A stretch of 64,000 nt of DNA from Lama glama (GCA_028534125.1 CM052816.1:52206001-52270000), one strand, 5' to 3'. Shown: positions 13,480 to 25,877, counted from the stretch's first letter. The notes: generated by a model from the sequence alone, not told the origin. Numbers and translations: made by a program.

Positions 13480-15899
13480 CTTAGTTAGAAGTCAGAAGAA
13501 AATAAAACAGGAGTATTCTGTTTCATTACATCCGATCATAATTAGCATAGAATTTTTAAGAGGGAGCTTCTCACTAAAGCAAAGGATCTAACTATAATGT
13601 GATAAAGAAATAAGAAACATTGGGTTCAGGGTGAAAATGGCACACTGAAACATATATCTAATTTCATTTGGTCCTAAAACCCCATTACAAACTACAGTAT
13701 GGCAGAGAGAAACAGAGAGGTGACAACTGTAAACAAAATATCTGAAGCGAGAAGGAAAAACAGATGAGTAACAACGAATGTAGCACACATAAAAGCTAAA
13801 TTCTGTCAGTAGTACAGAAAACCAAGAACCAATGCTCTTTACAACCCAAAATGCTTAAAAGGTTCAGAAATCAGAACACCAGTAGCTGTGGAAATGGAGA
13901 AAAAGGAAGTTCTAAAATAAGGAGGATTGGTTCCAAACAATTTAATCCCTAGACCCCTGCCCAACTCCCAGCTCAAGGGCAGCTGTCCTTCCTCTGCTGC
14001 AGAGAAAGACAGAGACGTCTACAGAAAAGGCAAATTAGGTGCAGCTGAGATGCAGCACTGTGCCTGAGCCAGAACAAGGGAACAGAGGCTTAGCCCTACG
14101 CTGAGAAACCAGCCTCTTCTCACCAGCTCTCAACACAGGCAGTCAGAGCTCTCCTGCCAGGCAGGAGCCGGGAAGACCCTGGACTGGGGAAACTGACCAG
14201 CTCCATGGGAAAGACCTGAAGATACTGACACCAGGAACTGACCAAGAAAACCGGATTGCCACCCCTAGGATGTGGGCTCTCCTGCCTCCACAGCTTTGCT
14301 CATGCTAGTCTTTCTCCCTGGAACGCCCTTGACCCTAATTTCCACAAAAATTACTTTTTTTCATGAAACTCAGCTAATTCTCCCAGTTTAGAAGCATCTT
14401 TTTTTCCCCTCTGGGTTCCTATAACAAGATCACATGCCTAGCACTTACCACATTCTGCCAATTAGCAGTTATTAAAAAGCAAGCAATCCATAAAAGGGAA
14501 ACTATCATGTACAAGGTACCTACTGTATGTCAGAATACATTATTTTACCCTTTAAAGCAATACCATTACATAGTTACTATTAACTATAAAGAAACTGGGA
14601 CTGCATTTATCAACTCTTACCTTTCCCATTATGGCAAAAACACTCTGAAGGCAAGAGTTGTGCTTTGCTCATTTATAAAGTTTAAATCTTTCCATATTTA
14701 TATTCAAACCTCTTTTTAGATGCATACCTTATCCTGTCTCCTGTTAATCTTATAGCTAGAAAAATATATTTGAAATCTCTTTTCAAATGTATATGTTCAT
14801 CTCAGTTGCTATTACTCTCCACTTCTCAGGATATGTACTTGAATCACTCTTCAGTGTAAGTTTTTATATTATATAAGGACTTCCCTCCTATCGATACAAA
14901 ACTCTCCTGGGTTAGAGGTGGGGTATAAGTCTTAGAGTTGTACTCATGTTAAATAAAAATACATCTAAAACTGAAGTGTTAAAAACTGAGGTGAAAGAGC
15001 CAGACTCTTCTAGCTGGTGAATGTTCCTCTTTTCTTCTTATTTATTTTTGTTTAAGTAAACAGTAAAGTTCATATTTCAAAACATTCCACGTCTATGGCC
15101 TTATTTCCAGAAACTTGGGAGTTTGGTTGTCTGGATCTGGAGCAATGTGGACCTGATGACAAGGACTTAGAGTGCATGTGTAAGATCCCTTGATGGCCTA
15201 CTTTCATGCCCTCCCCCGCTCCAACCTCCCCCACCCCGCCACCCTACTCTCACCACTGGCAAGGAAGGTTCTGCCATGAAGCTCCATCATGAGTTATACT
15301 CAATTCAGAAAGGCTTACATCAGTTCAGCTGCAATCTTGGGTTGAGCGCATGTTTCTGTCTAACCTCTCTGCTATCCTTCCACATCTCTTCAAATTTTTT
15401 CTTTTCTTTTTCTGTGTAGCCATCTTTCACTCTTAGGCTAGAATGACTTTCCATGGGTGCACCTCAGCTCAAGAGTCTGGAAAGAAGGTGTTCCACCCCT
15501 GTTCATTTATATCAAACCATCATCATTCCTGGAGTATAAAATATATATTAAGAGAAAGAACTGTGATACACAAGAAATTATCCAAAATTAGTTTTTTTCT
15601 CAATGCTCCCAGGACCATTGTATCTTGAATTATCTAAAAATAAACCAGGGGGAAATGTGGGAAGAATGATGCTTACAAAGGAAAGCCAAAAATCTTTCAT
15701 TGCCTTCCTCATGGATACCTAAGAGAGATTTTAATACCCCATAAGGCCCTCAATGGAAAAAACTAAATTGGAAGCCTTCTCAAATGAAAAGCCCCCAAGA
15801 GCTGTGAAACCCTCATGCCTGAGAGGAGATGCAAGTATAGGCCCCAGTCCCTCCACTGGGCCTTGAGGAAGACTAACCACTGTGAAACACCTGGTTCTT

Positions 15900-16362
15900 G
15901 GAAAACTGAGCACTATGGAAATTAAAAAGGAAATCTCACTAAGATGAAGTTGGGAGGCCAGGAGGGGGTGCTCTCCTGCATATATCAGTGGACATCAATA
16001 CAGGTCATAACCTGGAAGAGCCATACCTTGCATTTGCTGCAGGCAGTGACACTACTTTACTACCACCAGCAGGAGGAAGAAAGGTTTTCCCCTCGCCTGG
16101 CAGCAGTTCAACCAATGAGAGACTGTCACAACTCAGCCAAAGAAACCCACTATACTTGGAACTCTGTTTCCTCCAATGGACTTTTTGTTTATAACAGCCC
16201 CCTCTCAACTTCCTCTTCTCTATAAGAGTTTCCTCTCCTTTGCCTTGCTGAACTTGCATGTGATTTGCCATACTTGCATGTCCTGAACTGCAATTCTTTG
16301 CTGCTCCCAAACAAATACATTTTGCTGGTAAAATAATTGGTTGTTTCCCTATTTTAGGTTAA
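15900..16362 (+). mobile_element. Solo ERV1-like LTR in MSH3 intron 2
   Basis: LTR-like layout: repeated CCAAT boxes, a TATA-like ctataaga near 16220, a pyrimidine-rich R-like segment, a degenerate poly(A) signal, and an end at ttaggttaaga. Family not verified. Confidence 0.55.
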
Positions 16363-17829
16363 GAGAACACAAATAGACCTTAGCAACCTCTATATCCTGC
16401 TCCTTTACTTACAACCTCACTTGTACTGCATCCTTTTCTGAAGATGCCATGAAATGAACTATCAAACTGCCACAACATGAGATTAAGCCTTGGCAGCATT
16501 ATCACTCAAGTCTCTGAGTCCTTAAGAGGATATACCCTAGAAATAAGGCAATGGCTACTGTCCCAGCATGTTAAGTGGACCAAAAACTCCTCGCTAAAAA
16601 AAATCGTTCACTGAAATGAACACCTTCACTGTTTGAGCTTTAATTTTTTATGTACCATAAAATGGAAATACATGGTAGTTACTTTTTCTCCTCAGGCCTC
16701 CTTCTGTAGGACTAGGTCATGAAGGATCAAGGAGGTTGAAGAATTATCATATTTTAAATAAAGAATTTTAATCTAGAAGGAAGCACGTAGTAGATGCTGA
16801 AATGTCAATATGTCACTATAAAAAGCTTTTTAAAAATTTGTACAGTAATCTGTTTTACAGATAATTCATGTTAAAAAAGGGGAAAAAATAAGAACCTTCG
16901 GAATATTACAAACATATTTTAAGTTGGTTGAATTAAACACAGTGTTCTGGCAAAACAAATCTATACTAAAGTCAAGAGAGTGGTTATCCTTGGTGGGAGG
17001 AAGGGGTTGTCACTGGGAGGGAGCACAGAGAGGTTCCTTGGGGCCTAGTAATATAGCCTCTTGATCTAAGTGTTGGTTACACAGGTGACTTGAGTTTATG
17101 AAAATTTATCAAGCTTATGCTTCTTTATATATGTTAAGCATCTATAAAGAATTAAAAACAATAAATCAATATTCATAGGTCTCAGGTCTCAAGAATTGTC
17201 TGTTTGGAAAGATAAGCTACAGCCAATTTTTTTTGAGAGTTTAAGCTCAAAAGAAGATATTTAAGCTTAGGTAGATAAAAATAACATAAAAGTCAAGGAG
17301 GATAAGGTCTTAAAAAAAGAAAAATAAATTTAAGAGGCACCTTCAAACCATGTCTAGTAGCAGAAATCCAGGTAATGGGAAGAACTTCCTCTTCTTTTAG
17401 AAGTCCAATTTTTTAATATTGGTGCCCTTGTTTTTAAATATTCATTCCAAATTGGGGCATGTTGTTTTAAACTTCAAAATGTGGTTCTTTTTTGTTTTGT
17501 TTTGTTTTATTTTTATTTATTTAATCCTATAATGGAAAAGAATCTGAACAAGAATACAAATGCATTATTGAATCACTTTGCTGTGTACTTGAAACATTGT
17601 AAATCAACTATACTTCAATCTAAAAAAAAAGAAACAAAGGTAACAAATACTCAGGCCTCATCACTTCCTAAAATTTTTACTATGTTTTACTATCATCTAT
17701 ATTCTCAAGGCTATTAACACGTAGTGCCTCTGCCTGGTGGAAATACTACATAATGGTGTGCTACTGCAAATATGCATCCTTTCCAAACTCCAGAAAAGTC
17801 AAGGCTTAGGAATGGGACTACTCTAGACC

Positions 17830-18780
17830 TTCTCTTCCAAAGCTGAAAAACAACCCTTAAAAAGATCAAACCAATTCACAAGGATCTTGACTGCTTGCCA
17901 GAACAAAGGCCAATATTCTTAATAGAAACACAAATCCCAGTATACAATAACACAAAATTCAAAATACCTATGACCCAAACAGTTAATTAGTAGACATGCA
18001 AAAAGTAGAAAAGTCAATCAAGGGACACAGATCCAGAAATGACAGAGATGACAGAATTAGCATGTAAGTGCACGAAAACACATGATAAAAATGCTCCACA
18101 TAATCAGGAATGTAAAGGAAAACACAGAGGAGCAAAATGGAAGGTCTTTTTGTTTACTAACAGCTTTACTGAAATATAATTCACATAGAAAAATGGGGGA
18201 TTTTCAAAAGGAACAAGAAAGAATTTCTGGGGATGAAATACACAATATCTGAACTGAACGTTTCACTGAATGAAATTTATGGCACATTAGACACTACAGG
18301 AAAAAAAAAGATCACTGAACTTGAAAATACATCAGGAGAGTTAATCCAAAATGGAGAAGAAGAAAATATGAGACTGAAAAACAAAGGAAAAGAGCTTCAT
18401 CTATTTGAGGGATAATGTTAAGTAACCTAGCATCCCTGTTAATAAACTCAGGAGACGGAGGAAACAGAAAAAATAGTTGAGGAAGTAATGGCCAAAAAAT
18501 CTTTCCAAATATGATAAAAAAAAACTATAAACCCATCAACCCAACAAGCTTTAAATGAACTCTAAACAGGATAAAAACAAAGAAATAAATTTTTTTTAAA
18601 TACTAGACTAAAGCCCATCAAAATCAAATGTGTGCAAACCAGTGTTAAAGAGAAAATCTTAAAAGCAGCCAGCCATTTTATAATTGTTATAAAATTTTTA
18701 TAACAAGAATGTTTATAACAAGAATGTTTATAACAAGAATGTTAAAAATCAAGAAAAAAGACATATTAGGGAAATCAACA
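17830..18780 (+). mobile_element. Old L1M 5'/ORF1 remnant
   Basis: Degenerate ORF1 coiled-coil region (ORF 18233-18415, ...LDTTGKKKITELEN...) and the motif aaagagaaaatcttaaaagcagccag. Confidence 0.7.
18697..18743. repeat. 15-bp tandem repeat (TTTATAACAAGAATG)x3
   Basis: Three exact copies read directly from the sequence. Confidence 0.95.
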
Positions 18781-19099
18781 CCTTATAATTAAAAAAACCC
18801 TTAGATGTCATAAATGCTAAAGGTTAAGAATCTTTGAAGGAATACTGTGATTCCCTCTCTTCTCAAACATATGACTTTTCTAATATATACTTTAGTTTAC
18901 TGTGACTTCTCATTCTAGAAATGTATCTTTGGATTTCTTCTCAAATGTGTTTTACCTTTTTTATTGTTATTCCATTGGTTTTCAAAATACAAATTCAAAT
19001 CACTTTTCAAATGTATAAAGTTCCTTTGTGAGTATAAAAGCTTCCTTCCCCTAGGGATCCCAGGTATAAAAAAGAATTTATAAATTGAAGCATTAAGAA

Positions 19100-19730
19100 C
19101 TGAAGTGGATCCATACAATGGCGTATTATTATTCAACAGCAAAAGGAATGATGTAATTTAGAGTACTTAAAATCATAGAGAGAAAGGAGGATGGCATTAG
19201 CCGGGGATGGTGGGGGATAGTTATTATTCAATGGTTATAGAGCTTCAATTTTGCAAGATGAAAAGAGTTCTAGAGATGGATGAAGATGACGGCTGCAGAA
19301 CATTATGAATGTACTTAACACCGCTGAACTGTACCCTTAAAAATGGTTAAAGTGGTAAATTTTATGCTATGTCTATTTTACAACACTAAAAAGAAATTAA
19401 ACCAATTTTTTTTTAAAAAAGGAGAGAGGTACTGATATATGCTACAACTTGGATGAACCTTGGAAACATTGTTAAGTGAAAGAAATCAGACGAAAAGGTC
19501 ACATATTATATGATTCTATTTATATGAAATGTTCAGAATAGGTAAATCTACAGACAGAAAATAAATTTGTGGTAGCTTAGGAATGAGAAATGACTGCTAA
19601 TGAGTACCAAGTTTCCTTCAGGGTTGAGGGAAATGTTCTAAAACTGACTTTAATGAGGGTTGCACAATTCTGTGAATATACCAAAAGTCACTGAGTTACA
19701 CATGCCAAGTGGGTGAAATAACTCTGGGTT
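19100..19730 (+). mobile_element. L1MB-like 3' end with a nested L1MA/MB tail (~19157-19415)
   Basis: aaaaggaatgatgta and aaaaggagagaggta flank the inner fragment. The outer element resumes at gtactgatatatgctacaacttggatgaacc. Confidence 0.7.
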
Positions 19731-20563
19731 ATTTTAAAAAAAAACTGAGTTGGAGCAATCACCCTGCTTCTGACTAGTGGGCACTCCTCTCCCTTCCTGA
19801 GCGTGACTTTTAACAAAGAGCAAAGGTCTTATTTCAACACTGTTCCCCCATTTCCACCTCAGCTCTCCCGTGTTCCTGGTTAAGTCACTGTGGTAACCCT
19901 CAATCCTCACCTATCACCACCTCTTCTTCTATAAAAAGAGGACAGTAAGGGTTGTTGGGAAGGCTAAAAGAACTACAAAAAGCCTCTAGGACAATGGCAG
20001 GCAAACAGTGGATGCTCATTAACTGCTTGGAGAATTTACTGAAATGCCAAACAGATCAGGTCTATGCAGAGTAATGTAGCAAACAAAGGTAGAGAGCCCC
20101 AGAAAACACAACATTAACACACAGCAAATTCTGTCAAGTCAGGCCTCTTGTCATGACCCCTTTGGGTAGAAGGAAGAAAAGAGTATCTTCAGATTTATCC
20201 TTCCTTTTAGCCATACATCTCCATTTCTACAGTTATTTCCTACTAAGGCTTTCACATGGACCCTAAATCCAAATGTTACCTTTTGAGGAAGGATAGATAT
20301 CTTACATACTTGAGTCACTAAAATGAAACTTTTGTTTTTGCTTTTGCCTCATTTTCTTCACCTAATTTCTTGGGGATAATGAAGAAAGAAGCATTTACTG
20401 TCCTCCCTTATCACAAATTGTCTGAGGCCAAAAACTAGGGAAAAATCTGTTCAACTATCTGCACCCAACGTCTCTAGAATTCCAGGAGCTCAGAAATGGT
20501 GGTTTTACCCAAAGCCTTTCAGCATTTAGAAAAAGCAGCTACATGATTAAAAAAGACAAGATA

Positions 20564-20720
20564 GGGGGAAAGTGTAGCTCAGTAGTGGAGTGCATGCTTG
20601 GCAAGAAAGAGGTCCTGGGTTCAATCCCCAGTACTTCCATCAACAAGTGAATAAATAAATAAACCTAATTACTTCCCACTGCAAAAAAAAAACTTTTTTA
20701 ATTAAAAAAAAAAAAAAAGA
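20564..20720 (+). mobile_element. tRNA-derived SINE (vic-1-like)
   Basis: A/B boxes, aaataaataaacctaattac tail, poly(A). TSD acaagatag at 20556-20564 and 20721-20729. Confidence 0.85.
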
Positions 20721-21297
20721 ACAAGATAGATCTACATTTCCTGACACTGAAAATTGTTCAAAATGTTCTGCTAAGTGCAAAAAAAGTTGCGAATTAGTAT
20801 ACATAATGTAATATAATTTATAAAATATTATTACTAATTAACTAATTTGTGGGTCTACGTGTGTACATACAGATGTGTATAAACAGAAACACTTGGAAGA
20901 ATATACAGCACTCTCCAAAACCAGCAGTAAGCCTTACTGAAAGGGAGGGGTTGTGAGGTCTTTCGCTGTCTACCTTCTACATTTCTGTATTGTTTGAAAT
21001 TTTCATAACAAGAATGTTTCACTGTTAAAAATCGAGACAAAAATTTGCTAGAGGGAATAAAAGAGAAAACTCAGAGAACTACAGCCAAAATGCAGAACTC
21101 CAGCTCTTACCTCTACTCCCCAACCTCCTACCCACACCACCCGTTAGGAAGGGGCCACTCTACTTGAGCACAGTGGTGACTTTTCTCTGCAAAGCAAAAA
21201 ACGGCCCAACTCTCCAAAAGCCTCCCACCCTCAGGAGAATGCAAGAATATCAGAGCTATGACTGGTGAGAATGAAGAAAAATTGCCCCTGAACTTAC

Positions 21298-21418
21298 CAG
21301 GGTTCTCAGACATTAATGAATCACTTCCTCCTTCCTTTTCGTGGACTTTCTTTGCTTTCTTTTTAACAGGCCCATCACTCTCCAGTGGTCTCTTTTTACT
21401 TCTGTCCACTTCTGCAAC
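21298..21418 (-). CDS. MSH3: MSH3 exon 2
   Basis: atatag|GTTGCAGAA...AACCCTG|gtaagt. 121 nt, [40 protein letters not shown], with a basic NLS-like segment. Confidence 0.95.
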
Positions 21419-22839
21419 CTATATTGGAAAACGATGTGTTATCTCTAATCTCAAAACTTAATGTATGTAAAGTAATTTAAACCTTACTTCTGAATGACAG
21501 CAAGGTCCTTTCCATCCACCCTTCATAGAGTCATCTACGTAGAGCTACGAGTGAACTGTTTTTACCATCATCAGAGACAACGTGGAGACTGGCAGGTCAT
21601 GAGCCTCAGCAACTCGTGCCCTGCTGAAATTAATTAGAACCAAGGCTGCTACTTTTCTTTCCATCACCTGTCTCAGATTATAAAACCTGAATCACTCTAC
21701 TTACATATGTTAACTGTCTTTAAGGAAAAAAACTAATAGTTTGACAAGGTGAATTTAGATAGATAATAAAAGAACAGTATCATTTTTGAAATGCTAATTG
21801 TAATTTGTTTCATACTCAAACTTGGCTTACGTTCGCTACCGAAGATGCCACCTGATTATGAACTGTCAAAAACTTAAGTCCTTCACCAAATAACCTCTAA
21901 ATAGTGGGTGGAGAATAAAATCCTGGTGAATTCATGAAAATGTAGACTATGGTCAAAAAACGAGAACAAAAGAGGGGCAATCACTCTATGTAAGAAATGT
22001 AAATGAAAGGAGCAAGATTTTGAAACAGCCAAGCTGTCACCCGCATTAAAACTTGAAAGGTGCCTAAAAGCCAATCTGCAATCCCCTTCTGCATTTTCAG
22101 TTTGAGAAACAGGGAGCCCCAGTGAGGGCTCACCCTTAGGCTTTCCCCTGTGGCACTGTCCTGGGCTAAAAAAAAAAAAAACTACTTATTTCACTCAGTT
22201 GACGAGTGGTAAGCAACACAAGGGATCCAAGGACTAACCATCATATCGTATCTATACCATCTTAAGAAACTTTATCCACCCAAATTATGTATCAGACCTT
22301 ACAAGCTAAACTACAAGGGGAGTAGTCACTGGGGAACTACACAATATGACTTTTACCCGTAATAGCTTAAAATATTGAGCAAGGCTGCTGCAGCCTTAAA
22401 AACTAATTTAACGGGTTTTCACCTAGTCACCTAATCAAACACATACAAATTAAATACAGCTCGTCTTCCTCCCTCAATCCAGAAAAAAGGGAAGGGGGAT
22501 GGGGGAAAGGGAAGATGGAGGTTAAAAGATTTATCCTTTACCTCTACTTTCATCAGAATGGGGGTCAGGAGACCTGAGTTGTTGTCTCAGGACTAGCATT
22601 AGGAGCGTGTGTGACCTCAGTCTGTCACCCCAAGTGTGACACTACCCTAACATCTTTGAACCGCGCCTAGGGTGGAAGAGGGCCCGCCTTTCTCCTGGCT
22701 CTCCTTCCACAGTCGCGCCCCTTTCTCGTTTGGCCCGTCATCTCGCCGCCTCCTCCCGCTCCACCCACAAGCACCGCCCCCGCCCGCCTTGCCCGCCCCC
22801 TCTCCACAATAGCCCCGCACCGTTCTAGACCGAACCCAC

Positions 22840-23046
22840 CACCTGTGGAGACAACTGAGGCGGGAAAGTGGACGCTAGGGGCGCTGCGGAGTCAGAGTCA
22901 GGGTCCGCCTTCTCGGCTGCACCCGTAGGGGAAGACGTGGATTTCAGACTTCCCGCAGACCGGAAGAATTTGCTCAAAACCGGTTGCCTTGGAGAGGCTG
23001 GGCCGGCGGCTGAGGCGTCGCCAGAGGCCAGTTTCCGGCGCGACAT
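22840..23046 (-). CDS. MSH3: DNA mismatch repair protein MSH3, coding exon 1
   Basis: ATG at 23046 gives MSRRKLASGDASAAGPASPRQPVLSKFFRSAGSLKSTSSPTG...PPQLSPQV, with the PCNA-binding PIP box QxxLxxFF at residues 21-28. Donor GTG|gtgggt. An alternative in-frame donor 3 nt upstream is possible. Confidence 0.93.
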
Positions 23047-23299
23047 TGCAGGGCAGGGAGTCACGGCCCAGGGAACCCGGCCGAGCAGAGACAAGAGCGT
23101 GAACCCTCGGCCACAGCTCCCCGGCGTCTGCGGGCGCGAGCACGTCGCGACCCCGTGGTGCGCCGGGGCGTGGGGCGGGGCGAGGGCGGGGTGTCGCCTG
23201 TACCAATGGGGCTGGGAGGCGGGGGCCTAAGTTTCGCGCCAAGTTTGGCGGGGATTTGGTGTGTCCGGAGAGGGCTGGAAAGTGCTGCCTGCCGCTGTC
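23047..23299. promoter_or_regulatory. Bidirectional TATA-less MSH3/DHFR promoter with 5' UTRs
   Basis: 253 bp between divergent ATGs. Clustered Sp1 GC boxes at 23165-23191 and 23214-23225, CCAAT at 23203-23207, E2F element at 23232-23251. Confidence 0.9.
23232..23251 (+). promoter_or_regulatory. E2F element at the expected DHFR major start site
   Basis: TTTCGCGCCAAG, a one-base variant of the classical DHFR TTTCGCGCCAAA, followed directly by TTTGGCGG. Confidence 0.85.
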
Positions 23300-23385
23300 A
23301 TGGTTCGTCCGCTGAACTGCATCGTTGCTGTGTCCCAGAACATGGGTATCGGCAAGAACGGGGACCTCCCCTGGCCCCCGCTCAG
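23300..23385 (+). CDS. DHFR: Dihydrofolate reductase, coding exon 1
   Basis: ATG at 23300 translates [28 protein letters not shown](R), the vertebrate DHFR N-terminus. 86 nt, donor AG|gtacct. Confidence 0.98.
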
Positions 23386-23730
23386 GTACCTGCTGGGCCG
23401 GGGGTGGGCCGAGTGTGCGGAATCCGAGCTGGAGCAGGCTGATCCGGGCACCTGCGCCCTGCCGCGCCCGAGTGGCGGACTCCCCGAGAAGATGGGGTCG
23501 GACTCGTGACCTGAGCTGGCTAGAGCTGGACTTGGGCTTCCGTCCGCGTCAGGAGCCTGACGGCAAGTTGTTTTCCGTCCGGCTCCTGCCCGGCGAGGCC
23601 TTTCCATGGCGTCCTACCCCAGAGCAAAGTCCTAGTCCTGGACACGCCCCCCGCGCACCGTCTGTCGGGTGCGCGCGAGCTTAAGACCGCGGGATCACGT
23701 CCTGAGTAACTGTGTTTCTCTAACTTGCAG

Positions 23731-23780
23731 GAATGAATTCAAGTATTTCCAGAGAATGACCACAGCCTCTTCAGCAGAAG
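23731..23780 (+). CDS. DHFR: Dihydrofolate reductase, exon 2
   Basis: ttgcag|GAATGAATTC...GCAGAAG|gtaatg. 50 nt, encodes (R)NEFKYFQRMTTASSAE(G), including the active-site Glu. Confidence 0.97.
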
Positions 23781-25682
23781 GTAATGTGGGATTTTTAACT
23801 GATTGAAGTTCGCGAAGGGCCTTGCCTGAGCAAGTTTACCAGCTCAAAGTTTACTTAAAAGAAAAAAATTTTCATGTTTTGACTTAACATAAATGTGTAT
23901 ACAGTTCCCAAGATACATTAAACATTCTTTTTTTTTTTGAAAAATTTTTCTTGAAATTTTATGTGGGCGTGTGAGGTATTGAGCAGAATTGGCAGCCAAG
24001 TAGAGGCTTCTGTGGAAATTAGCGCTTGCCAAGGAGAAGTCTTTGAAATAGCTGCTGGAAGAGACGATAATGCCTGAATGTTAATGGAGAGGATAAAAGT
24101 GCAAAAAACGGGTTACAAGACACTCGATTTGGAGATCAGGAAGTTAAAGGTGATGCAGGAAGGCATCAAGGATGAACTCTCAGATTTTCAGCTTGAGAGT
24201 CTGGGTGACATGGAGAATCAAGGAGCGGGGAATAGTGTGCAGCTGTAATGATGACAATTTTGAAGTGCTTTTGGGATATCCGGGATAATTTCAGGCTCAG
24301 GGAATTAGGTGAATTGAGCCATTGGAGAGAAGAGGATAACCAAGGAAAAGAATATGGGCATGAGGGAGAGGACCGTTTAAAACCTGAGACTTGTATGTCT
24401 GTTCATTGGAGGAGAAATAGCAGAGTAAACAGGGAAACTAAGTCAGAAAGGAGCAGATGCAGCATAACTTTAACATAACAGATGAAAGGTCCTTGGATTT
24501 AGCCCTTAGGTCAGTGGTGGAGACAAAATGGCAAGAGCTTAAAGCTAAAGAATTGACATAAACCACTCTCAAGAATTCTAAGTATGATCTGGTAATATGA
24601 AGAGCATCCCATGCCTGGCCTGTTTGCTAGTTTTCAGTAAATATATTATTTCTTAGATGAATGATTGAGAGGATACCAAGGATATCTTGACTTTTTTTTT
24701 AACGTCTCACTGTGTCTTTCATCATACCTGAGTTGTTAGGTAAGGTCTGTGCCATTTTCCTCAGGATTCCTCACTTATTGGCTCTAGTTTCAATAATTGA
24801 TATATCCTTATTGAACACATAAAGCTCCGTCCTTGAAAATAATAGTGCATATTGTACAAGGATACTGTGAATTATAGAGGTTTTTTTGTTTATTCTTGGA
24901 GGAAAAAAATTTTTTTCAACCTTTAGAGGTAATATTTGGTTATGAGTAGTGAAGCAAAACATGAAAAATGATTAGTCCTAATAATTGTAGTTCATAAATG
25001 TTAGTGTTTTTGTTGAAATAAAATCAAAATAATGATAATTCTTTTCGAAGAGATACATGTACTCCTTTTGATAGTCTGTCAGAACATATCAAGAATCACA
25101 GAAATGTGTATGCTCCTTTGATCCAGATATCTGACTCCTAAGTTTTTTTCTCCCAAGTAATTAAACAAAAATGGAAGCTGCATGTATAAGGTTTATGGAA
25201 GCGTTCTACTTGAAAGAGAAGCATAGAGGCACATATGATAATGTTTTAAACTAATTGTGTGGAATATTAAGCAGCTATCTTTAAAGAAGTAAGACTATTA
25301 ACTTAAATCTATAAAGTATACGAATGTGAGTAATCAAGTAGTTACTGCAGTACATATTAGATGCTGAACATTGTTGTAACTCATCAATCCCCACAGTAAC
25401 TCTAGAAATAGAAACTACTGTTATCTCCATTTTATAGATAAGGAAAATAAGCCATAGGAGGTAAACATGATTTGCCTAGTAGATGACAGAATACATTCCA
25501 TTTGAGCACTCTGACCCAGAATCTTTGCTCTTAACTTCTGCAGTATACATGATTACAGTTGATTAAAATTATATATTGGATGTAAGTTGGCTAAAGCCAA
25601 AGGGAAAAGTAGTTACTAGACTTAGATAAAGGATGACAAACAGTAAATTTTGGTAAAGCTGTTTTAAATTTTAATTTTTTAA

Positions 25683-25877
<195 letters not shown>

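Larger units (their letters stand above)
22660..23700. promoter_or_regulatory. CpG island covering MSH3 exon 1, the shared promoter, and DHFR exon 1/intron 1
   Basis: Sharp rise in GC and CpG density relative to the AT-rich flanks. Boundaries are approximate. Confidence 0.9.

Noticed and set aside
17721..17750. CTCF-like motif (minus strand ccaccaggcagaggcacta)
   Set aside because: The spacing does not fit the core consensus without an indel.
18697..18743. Short direct-repeat array as a CRISPR-like structure
   Set aside because: Head-to-tail repeats with no spacers, in eukaryotic intron context, with no cas genes.
22868..23684. Several overlapping 80-126 aa ORFs in the CpG island
   Set aside because: Stop-poor GC-rich DNA, mostly non-ATG starts, and alternative frames of MSH3/DHFR exon 1. 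No independent coding signal.
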